From Chrysomallon squamiferum (lineage: Eukaryota; Animalia; Mollusca), in NCBI GenBank assembly GCA_012295275.1, contig CM022679.1, forward strand, positions 3,906,001 through 3,970,000: 64,000 bases of DNA, given 5' to 3'. Position 1 is the stretch's first letter. Each line of letters opens with the position of its first letter. Of the stretch, positions 54,465 to 64,000 are shown piece by piece. The position numbers and the translations under genes were made by a program. The notes beneath the pieces were generated by a model. That model was not told where the DNA came from. It saw nothing but the letters and a program-made list of their open reading frames with translations, and did no database searches.

Positions 54465-55827
54465 TTATCATTGTTGTGGTCTTCAAAGCTTAAATGATTC
54501 CATGATGGATAGGAACATATAAACTGATCACATCCTTTGACCACTAAAAGCTGTTCAGATAAATTTGTTTCAAGCAGTGATTTAAGGAACTGCTATGCTA
54601 GTCTCTTGTTGTTGAATCTGTAAATAGCTGTAATTGGATAATCTGTTATTGACTGAGACAGTTGGCTGTAATGCAGAGTGACTTTATTGATATAATTATG
54701 GATTACTGCAGATTGCATAGGACAGGTCAGTTGTGTCAAAAAAAATGATCGATGGAGCATGACTTGGTGTCAGAACTTCCGTTTGTCAATTCAACTATTG
54801 CTACATGTTTTTTCCCCCTAATTTGTTTAACATGTCAGTCATTATCTAGAAATGATATGACATTCTTATTGATTTTTTTTCACCTCTTCCCCTTTTATTT
54901 TCTTGATTTATTAAAATATTTTTTTTTACTTCTGAAATCTGTGAATTCATTTCAGGTGCATGATAATAGTGCAACCTAACATTAACAATGAAAAAAAAAT
55001 AATTGCACCTTGTCTTTCTGATTCTGCAACTATTTATTAAAATCAGTTTAGACTAATAATTCTAGTTAAAATTACAAAACCAATCATTCTGTTAACACCA
55101 TGTACAAGATAATACCCATTTTTGTGACGTTTATTATTTATTTATAGCTAGCAATATTTTTGTTATTAAAATTAATTTGATAATAAAAGTGACACTAGAA
55201 TCCCATTTTTGACATTTTTATATTTTTCTCTTCATTAGAGGTGGCGGTGTTAGTACTAGTAGTAATGATAATGATACTTATAAAGAAGGACATAATATTT
55301 ATTAATTAAAAGCTTTTAAAATTAACTGTATATTACTATTTTAAATTAAAACAGTTAATAGATCTAAGTGACCCAGTTCTGAGGATGTGACCCATTTTAC
55401 AATGGCCAGTTTTTATATATATATATATATTTTTTTCACACAGTTAGATACCCTTATCTTGTTAAATATTTACAAGAAATATGAGTACCATGAATAGTGT
55501 TGTTTCAGTTGAAAGCACATTTTAAGTAATAATGGAGTTGATTTTCAAAATTGTTATGGAGCTGATTATACATCCATGGCAAAGTGTTGGTCTCATTGTG
55601 CTGTTTTTCCTTCTATTCAGTGTCCCACTGCTTATCAAAGATAGTGTTACATGCTTTATTGTAAAGGAAAGGTTTATGTAAAAGAATCCTTGCAGATATT
55701 TTATGGAAGAACCCACAGAACAACACCTGTGTATTTTTATTTCTTAAGCCATTATTTTAAATATATTTTTTTAGTAAAAATTTATATTGTTATCTTAGAA
55801 ACAAATAGTTTCATTAATTGTTTTTGT

Positions 55828-55830
<3 letters not shown>

Positions 55831-55871
<41 letters not shown>

Positions 55872-55872
55872 G

Positions 55873-55927
<55 letters not shown>
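55831..55927. repeat. (GT)n microsatellite, one of many CA/GT tracts in the window
   Basis: Direct reading. Confidence 0.97.
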
Positions 55928-55928
<1 letters not shown>

Positions 55929-56536
55929 CAGTATGTTAGAGAAATCAAGTCTATAAATGCCCCATACAGAACCATATGGTTTATATACTATTAATGACTT
56001 CTTGTAACTCTTTATTATAAGCAAAGATTTGTCTTGACAGTTAAGTAATAAACAATCCCTGGAAGACTGCATATATAAACAAGCTGTATCAAATATTTAT
56101 TTAAACCACTTCAGGTGCACTTTAACACTACTCCGTGTACATTATTCAAATTGTATTTGATAATCCCGTGAATAGTTTATGAGCTATTTCTGATGATTAC
56201 TGAACTAAGGATTCTTTTACAGCCCTTTATCAGTGATAGTTAAACACATTCCACAGCCTCTGATATCAGTAAGTGTTCTGTCCCTGGATACAAACCAGCT
56301 GCCCAGTTTTAGTATGGATACCACTACTTCTTTAACTGTTTAATAAAACATTTAAAAAAAAAAGAAGAAAAAATAGAGAAAGAAAATGATGATATTATTT
56401 TTTTTATAACGTTATTATTTTAAACATTGTTAATACTTTAATTATTACTGTTTTGTTGTTATTATTTTTAATTTTAATTTTTTAATTTTATTGTTTTTAA
56501 TGCTGTTTCTGTATGTGACATTCTTTCTTTTGATAT

Positions 56537-56567
<31 letters not shown>

Positions 56568-57914
56568 TTTCGTATTAATATTATTGATACTAAAAACACA
56601 AACGACCTAAAAGTAAAATGAAATTAAATGATTTACTGTCTTTAAGCTTGAACTGTTCATGTTAAATGATTTTAGAATTATGCTTTTTCCACCAATCTGG
56701 CTGATCGAATGTGCTAGGAAACTCACAAAAAAATAACTCTTAATGTAAATGCAAGTTTGACTTGATGCCTTTTCACCTAAGTGCATTTTACTGTTTTTAT
56801 AGACTGAACTTTAAAATCAATGCCTCCCAATGAATGAATGAATGAATGAATAAATAAATACATACATACTTACACACATATATACACATACAAACATACA
56901 CATACATACATATACATACATATATATAATATATATATTTATTATATTATATAAATGGAAAATAGAATCAAATATCTATTTTTTATACATCATAGTAAAG
57001 TTATAGTATTAATTCTTGCCTGTCCTTCAACACAATAATATAATGAAATGGGGAAGCAAAAGAAACAACTCCAAAAGCAACAAGTATTATAACTGCAAAC
57101 ACATTTGCATGTGTGTCTGTGTTAAATATTAATAATACAGCTTTTAGTGGTTAATTAATATTTTAACTTTAATTTTATAACCATTTTAAATATGTTGTAA
57201 CTTACACTGTCACTTAAATGGATGATTCATATTTGATATAGTTTTGTATAGACTATATATGTATATATATACACATGTGACATAGACAAACACACACACA
57301 TGAATTGATAATGAAGTTTAAAATGGATAATAGTGATTTTCATACTTAAGTGGTATCATTTCATCATAAAAGATCTGTTTACTTTTAATGATATGCTTAG
57401 CTTTTTAAAGTAAATGAATATTGTCCTAATTAGTGGTTTTATCATATGTCTAGGACACAAACCTAAAAGATTTAATTACTATTCAAAAGACTATTGTATG
57501 AATGCAATCATATGCATTACTTTTATGAATACTAAAATTGAGATACTTATTCATTTAAATAATTCAAGCATGTTTGTCATGGATGGTTCTCTGTCTAGGT
57601 AAACAGACCATAATAAGTTTTTAGATTTACAGTACATATCCTCTGTACAGATTTTAATTATATTAAATTTAATGGTTCAGTTGTATCTCTTAAAAGTTTT
57701 TTGTCAGCAACAAAGGACCTTTGTGTTGTCTGCAGAACACTTTTAAACAGATAATTCCAGGGAGATGGAATGCTTATTGTTCTGTTTTTGTGATACGTTA
57801 TTATCAGAGAACAATTGGGAAACATTATCAGAGCACTTTGGGTCTGGTTTTTATCAGAATTTTCTATACAGCACAAGTCTGGAAGAAGAATGGTTATCAG
57901 AAACTGATAGGGCA

Positions 57915-57952
<38 letters not shown>

Positions 57953-59636
57953 AAGTGTAACATATTGTTAATTATACTGAGAATGATACACTCACACACA
58001 CACCCACACCCACCCACACATACACACACACACATACATAAATAATTATAATTTATGAATGTTTTTTAGTTTCCACAATAAAATTAAAATTTAACAGATT
58101 TTTTTGTGGAAGGAACTGCATCTAGTAAACTATCTCAAAGCATCTATATCAGAGATATGGCAGAGTACAGAAGTGACACTACAAACAACTGCTTAGAAAG
58201 AATATGTTTTTGATAATATGTAATATTTAAAATGATCATGTATGTAACGCTAAAAGACAATAAATTCAATTTATTGCTTGTTTTATATAAATTTATTAGA
58301 AGTAATTACACTTTGAAGTGTAACAAGTATTTAATATTATTTATAATTGTATACTGATGTTACCTTATCATCCATAATGTTATTTACACATCTGTCTCAT
58401 GATTTATAAAGCTATAAATTTATGAAATAAAGTGAAATAAGAGTTTTATCATGGTAGTTAATAATCTTCATTTCTGTACACACCCCCTATCATATATTTC
58501 AGTAAGTACATGAATTTGATTTTAGTCATGAACAAGATTTTTCTTTATTTACCGTGGCTCATATCAGATATTTTGTAATTTGTAAATAACAAATAATTAA
58601 AAATAATAAGGATCTTATTAGGCATTTTTGTAATGATGTATATATTGTAAATAAAAAAAAAAAAAAAAAAAATGAAAATAAAACAAAATAAAAAACTCCT
58701 CAAAAAACAACAACCAACACAAAAAATAAATAAAAATAATCCTGTAATATTTAAATGCATTATTAAATGTAATTGCTGTCTATGCTACATTTATAATAAT
58801 AAGAAAAAGAAATTTAAAATTATTTGTAAAACAACATCAGCTAGACATTACAATAATTAATTATTAATGAGGAATATGTTTATATTAACCAGTATTACAG
58901 AGTAATGGCAAAATGTTAACCAACTTGTAAATGCTTTGGTAATTCTTCCTAAAGGCATAATTACATTATGAATGCTTTCAAGTTTTCCTAATAATACAGT
59001 TTAACACAGAAATAATATATTCCTATGGATTAATGAAGATTGATGGTTTCTTTAAGGTGTCATCAGGAAAATATATCTATCTTAGAACTTAAACTGTCTG
59101 CAGTTTTTTCATTTTTCTTTTTTATTTTGATATTTATGAATATATAAAATAATGTGATAATAATAAAAACTTCTGTCTGCTTTCATCTTCTAAGCTATAC
59201 ATTGTATGTAATTAGACAAGTTCTTTTGTTGTATTAAAAAACAACAAGCAATTCCCAAAAAAAAAAAAAAAAAACCCAGAAGTATATAAAATGTATTCAG
59301 GCTACATTTAAAGCTTTGAAACTAAATAGTGATAAGAAAATTCACTAATATTAAATGGACCTGTTTTTGAACTCTGTACACTCTAATACATAAATCCATT
59401 TACAGTATTTCACAAAAACACAATTAGAACAGATAACAACCAGTAAATATCCTTTAATGTTTTTGAATGCTGTTTATATGCTACTTTATGTATAGCAGTT
59501 TATTTCACTCACCTAAATTGTTTTACTGTCGAAATTAGTTCTGTTCTGTAAAAGGTTGGTCTCTTTTCATTCCATTTTTATTATTATTTTAGATGTGTTT
59601 TAGTTTAAATTATTTCCTTCTTCTTTTCTTCTCTAG

Positions 59637-59909
59637 TGTTTCAGTACCCTCCACAACAGATCCTGGAACACCCGTCTTCTGGCAGCCCCCAGCCCGAGGG
59701 TGGGATAAAACGACTGACATGCGAGGCTACGGCGATCCCCAGCCCGCGCTACAGCTGGCTGAAGGACGGGGAGTTCCTGCGACAGAACATGACGCAGACT
59801 GTGTACGAGATCGAGAACCTCAGACGGACAGACGCTGGAGAGTACAGGTGTCTCGCATCAAACTCACTTGGAGGAATGCTCACACGACCAGCTATTGTCC
59901 AGGTTGCTT
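59637..59909 (+). CDS. sdk: Sidekick exon 2, Ig domain 1
   Basis: PPQQILEHPSSGSPQPEGGIKRLTCEA..P.PRYSWLKDG...RRTDAGEYRCLASN..G.MLTRPAIVQVA, closely like Sidekick Ig1. CTCTAG| acceptor, T|GTAAGT donor, phase 1-1. Confidence 0.9.
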
Positions 59910-60154
59910 GTAAGTAAAAAATGGAAAAATAACTCAACCCTCCCTACAAAAAAAACAACAATATCAGTATTCTTCAGAAGTGAAAAAAACAATAATATCA
60001 GTCTATACATGGTTTTTATAAATAAATAAATAAATAAGAGAGTAATAATGGTAATTGATAGAGTTTGGATAAAGACAAATTGAAATGATTTCTTACTGAA
60101 TTCCAGTTCACAAGTAAATTAAATAAATATGTCATGATTGTGTTATTTTTTCAG

Positions 60155-60460
60155 ACATGGAGCCATTTGAGGTGGGTGATCCAATAAACATATCAGTGGA
60201 CGAAGGAGAAGCAATTGTTATAAAACTGCCAAAGATTGCAAGCGTTCCCGACCCTGATGTAGACTGGATTGTGAAGAAAAGAGACAGCAGAATGACAACC
60301 CTAGCTCCAGAGGACCAGTACCACAGCATCACCCTGTCAAACGATCTCGTTATCCTCGAGTCCAATCTTGCCAACTCTGGCTGGGAATACCATGCTCGAG
60401 CAGTCAATGTAAACTCTAACAGTCAGAATTCCTCTCGTTCTTATCGACTTATTGTTTCAG
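60155..60460 (+). CDS. sdk: Sidekick exon 3, Ig domain 2
   Basis: The junction rebuilds the Sidekick hallmark VQVAYM. SITLSNDLVIL and YHARAVN match Sdk Ig2, a cysteine-less Ig domain. TTCAG| acceptor and CAG|GTAACA donor. Confidence 0.92.
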
Positions 60461-60504
60461 GTAACAGATATGTCATATTTGCATTAGTATGTGTGAATTC
60501 ATAG

Positions 60505-60545
<41 letters not shown>

Positions 60546-60843
60546 TGAGAGACAAAAACAAAAAAAACTAAAATTAAAACAAATTAGACAGCATCTTTGA
60601 AATTTCTCACCTCCACTTAATAATGATTTTGAATTCTACTCACATTCTACTGTTCTTATTCAGGTTCCAAACAAATTTAAATCACATGTTTCCAATTACA
60701 TATCTCAGACATTGTTTCTAGAACTCATCTATTTTTATTTCAGATGTAGATAGTTCTACTATTTATACAAACTATAAGTCATTACATATTAAACATTTAA
60801 AAAACTGTCTGTAAATACAAAATTTAGACTGTTGTGTTTTCAG

Positions 60844-60955
60844 ATAAAAACGACTCCACTTCAGTCAAAGCACCAACAGTGGTTGTTGCCCCTGTTTCCA
60901 CTTCTGCCGATGTTGGTGACAACAGAGTAGAATTGGAATGCATCATCAATGCAAG
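60844..60955 (+). CDS. sdk: Sidekick exon 4, N-half of Ig3 (not in ORF track)
   Basis: DKNDSTSVKAPTVVVAPVSTSADVGDNRVELECIINAR. TTTCAG| acceptor and AAG|GTATTT donor; phases consistent with neighbouring exons. Confidence 0.88.
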
Positions 60956-61512
60956 GTATTTTTATTTTTTCATTTGTTTATTTCAGTAGTATTTGAAATT
61001 ATGGTACTGTGAGTATAGTTAAATGATTATGAAAATATGTGGAATAGAAATGTCCGTTTCTTTAGAGAATGCATTAAGAGATTGTAGTATTAGAATTGAT
61101 AGATGTATTACGTTCAATTACAAACCATTTATTATGGCTACATAATAATTACTTTGGTTGAAGTTGGAGCAAATATTTAAATGTTAAATCAAATATTTAT
61201 TTATTTATAATGATCAATATAAGCAATACAAGAAAATGATAAGAACACCAAATTTTACTAATTATAAAATAATTTGTTAATTGAAAGCATTTTCTAATAT
61301 ATTTTTTAAATTATTTTTTAAATTATGTTTTTAAAATACAATAATTTTCACAAAATATCAATTGAATAAAAATGTTTGAATAATGTTTAAAAAAAAAAAA
61401 ATTATATTAATATTAAAAAAAAAGTCAAAATGATGATGTTAGAAAACCTAAAAATACAACACTAATTAATGTTTTAAATAATTGTTATTTTTTTATTTTT
61501 TTTATTTTCCAG

Positions 61513-61730
61513 ACCTATTAACAGACTGATAATGAACTGGTACAGAGTCCATCCTAATGGAAACGAAGAACGGATAGATCCAAGTGGACACTATTTTTTT
61601 TCTGCATTCCGTCGCATCTTGACAATAAAAAAGCCTGTGCTGACGGACAAGGGCATGTACAAGTGTGAAGGTCTTCTCAACCAGGGAACCTCAGCCCGAG
61701 CTGTGGCAAATGCATCCTTAACTGTCAGAG
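61513..61730 (+). CDS. sdk: Sidekick exon 5, C-half of Ig3
   Basis: (R)PINRLIMNWYR...FRRILTIKKPVLTDKGMYKCEG...ANASLTVR. TTCCAG| acceptor and GAG|GTTTGC donor. Confidence 0.88.
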
Positions 61731-61993
61731 GTTTGCACAGTTCAAGTGTTTCTACATCAGCTTTTAGTTCACTAAATACACCTGAGTCTTGGTTAAATTC
61801 CATCATCCTCATCTCATTCACTTAATTACTTGCTCACCCATCCTTTCACTGACTATCTCTTTTAGTTTTACAATCATTTTTCTAACACTTCTTTTCATGC
61901 ATGCATTTGTTGTTTTTCTTTTGTGTTTTTCCCCTGCTGATCCAGTCAATGCTCATTGCCCTTAGTTTTATACTTTTTTTGTGTGTTTTCCAG

Positions 61994-62144
61994 ACAGTCC
62001 AAACATCACACCTCAGTTGCCTGCGACAGTTGAAAAGTCTTTCAGTGAAAATGTTGACATGGTTTGCACTGCTATAGGAATTCCTGCCCCAGTCATCAAG
62101 TGGTATTACAATGGTCGCTTGGTGAGCTCTCTGCAAAGAAGCAG
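61994..62144 (+). CDS. sdk: Sidekick exon 6, N-half of Ig4
   Basis: DSPNITPQLPATVEKSFSENVDMVCTAIGIPAPVIKWYYNG. TTCCAG| acceptor and CAG|GTAAGT donor. Confidence 0.88.
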
Positions 62145-62564
62145 GTAAGTTTCTTGACCTTTTAAGCTACCATATCAGTTACACAGTCACTATTTTGTAC
62201 TCGAAATAGAGCAGAGTTAACGTTAAAGATTTATCATTATCTAATTAATGTTATAAAGAAATATTCTGACTTGGTCAGTTCTCTTCAGAGACAGACTTAA
62301 TATAAACATTTCACTCAGTTGAGTTGTATATCATCTGAAAGACAAACGCTAATATTTTCAATTGATGGAATGTAATTTCTAAGATAAAAATTACGAATAC
62401 CTTCATTTATACTGCTATAAATAAGTAACCTAAATAAATTGTGTAATGTGTTTTCATTAACATATTTAAATATTGGATTAGGTTGTGGATAAAATAAATT
62501 ACTTTTTATAATTTTTTAAAATGTGGCTATAAACTTGAGATTAAATTTGTTTCGCTACTTGCAG

Positions 62565-62692
62565 AACTGTTGAGTTTTCCAATGGGACTCTGCACATAGA
62601 AAGAGTGGAGATGTCAGACATGGGACTCTATCAGTGCATTGCTCAGAATCCTGCTGGTGAAGCATCTTCTGTATCCTGGCTCAAAGTTAATA
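62565..62692 (+). CDS. sdk: Sidekick exon 7, C-half of Ig4
   Basis: TVEFSNGTLHIERVEMSDMGLYQCIAQNPAGEASSVSWLKVN. TTGCAG| acceptor and A|GTGAGT donor. Confidence 0.9.
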
Positions 62693-62738
62693 GTGAGTGA
62701 ACTCTTTATAATAGATAACACTTTTAATATGTTAAATA

Positions 62739-62915
62739 TTCTGTATCCTTGCTCAAAGTCAACTGTAATAGATAACACTTTTAATATTTATCAACTGTTA
62801 GTATTTATTATCAGTGAGAAAAACATTTGTTAATTTGGATAACTGTTATATGTTCAAAAGTCTGTATCTTTATTTAAACTTAATATGAGTAAATTCTTTT
62901 TAATAGATAACTCTT
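62739..62915. repeat. Intronic degenerate copies of the sdk exon 7 3' end and flanking intron
   Basis: TTCTGTATCCT(G/T)GCTCAAAGT(T/C)AA...TAATAGATAACACTTTTAATAT at 62667-62730 and 62739-62787. A more decayed copy lies at 62861-62911. Confidence 0.8.
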
Positions 62916-63404
62916 GTTAGTATAAATAAACAGAAGAAAAGAAAAGAATACTTCTCTGTTTAAAAGACTTACTTAAATATATTAACATAATATTGCTGCT
63001 TCTAATTTTCACTCCACAAATTTTAAAGCTTTATATTTTTTTGGACAGTTTCCTTTTTGTGTGTGTATGGGGGAATGACGATTTAATTAAATAAAAAAAC
63101 CCATTAGTCAAATGTTTGTGTGTACAGAATTGAAAAGTGTTACATCACTATACCATGAGTTACCCATTAACAGCAACAGATCTTTTACAGGCACATTTGT
63201 AAATGCTAGTACTAGTTGATACAGTTGCAGTGTGGTACTGGCTAGAACAGGAAAAACTCAAATCATTAAAACAGATTTTGTTTCAGACTGTATATTTTAT
63301 GGAGGATTTAAATATGCTTTGAAATAAAGATAGGACAAAAATATTTAGATGTTACAATAACTAATGTTATTTTAATTATTTCTGTTTTTTTTTTCTTTCA
63401 TTAG

Positions 63405-63521
63405 GTTCACCACCAAAGTTTACATCAAAACCGAAGAATTTAACAATTGTAGAAAAAAAGGATGCCAAATTTTTGTGCCATGCTACAGGTGCACCAACTC
63501 CTGTAGTTACCTGGAGTAGAG
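63405..63521 (+). CDS. sdk: Sidekick exon 8, N-half of Ig5
   Basis: SSPPKFTSKPKNLTIVEKKDAKFLCHATGAPTPVVTWSR. CATTAG| acceptor and GAG|GTAACC donor. Confidence 0.88.
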
Positions 63522-63920
63522 GTAACCATTCTTTTAGTTTTTATTTACCATCATTATAGAGCAGTATCAGGTTACAGATAGAAAACAAGACTGAAAGGGT
63601 TCAATGTTTATTGTTGTATTAAATGGACTGAACTTCATGGACACCAAATCCACACTTTGTTGAAAAAAAAAACAAAAAAAAAATCCCCAGACAAAATTCA
63701 CTCTCTCATTTAACACATCACAATATTATTTATACATGCAACCAACCATTAGTCAAAAATAACTCCACCAAAATGTCCATTTGTCGATACATAATTAAAT
63801 ACACGTAATTCTGTATATTAAAACTTCATTGACAATGAATGGTTTAAACCACAATTCATACCTGAGGTGTTCTGCTGTATACTTTGGTATAATATTATTT
63901 GTCAATTAATTTATGTACAG

Positions 63921-64000
63921 TGATTGATGGCAGAGAGGAAACTATTGTCAGTGATGGACGCTACCAGATACTGAATGATGGACTCCTCATAGTGTCGACA
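63921..64000 (+). CDS. sdk: Sidekick exon 9 (partial, runs off the window), Ig5 continued
   Basis: VIDGREETIVSDGRYQILNDGLLIVST after a GTACAG| acceptor, phase 1. Confidence 0.8.

Noticed and set aside
59593-62833. ORFs overlapping sdk exons in other frames or antisense (59593-59913, 59749-59937, 60132-60407, 61591-61821, 61882-62136, 62639-62833), and similar ones inside CSGALNACT
   Set aside because: They are shadows of real coding exons; the spliced Ig-domain and transferase frames explain the sequence.

Overview
Very AT-rich, microsatellite-dense animal genomic DNA, most likely a protostome and probably a mollusc. It has spliceosomal introns and a mosaic CpG pattern; no prokaryotic features, CRISPR, rRNA or tRNA were seen. 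Contents on the + strand: (1) the probable 3' UTR of an upstream gene (1-~4000); (2) a chondroitin sulfate N-acetylgalactosaminyltransferase gene with an intronless 532-aa CDS (23715-25313), probable non-coding upstream exons and a long 3' region; (3) a 116-aa linker histone H1-like gene resembling oocyte/cleavage-stage H1s but almost tail-less (34499-34849); (4) a frameshifted paralogue of it (~38624-38835), absent from the ORF track, behind an intact-looking CCAAT-CCAAT-CRE-TATA promoter; (5) the 5' part of a sidekick gene, with a signal-peptide exon at 44483-44582 and eight Ig-domain exons from 59637 to the window end. The most notable unannotated signals are five exact TCTAGTCA motifs (the miR-279-family 8mer target) within ~440 bp of the putative CSGALNACT 3' UTR, and the H1 gene/pseudogene pair. 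Most other ORFs in the track are microsatellite artefacts. All alignments and counts were done by eye, and family comparisons are from memory.
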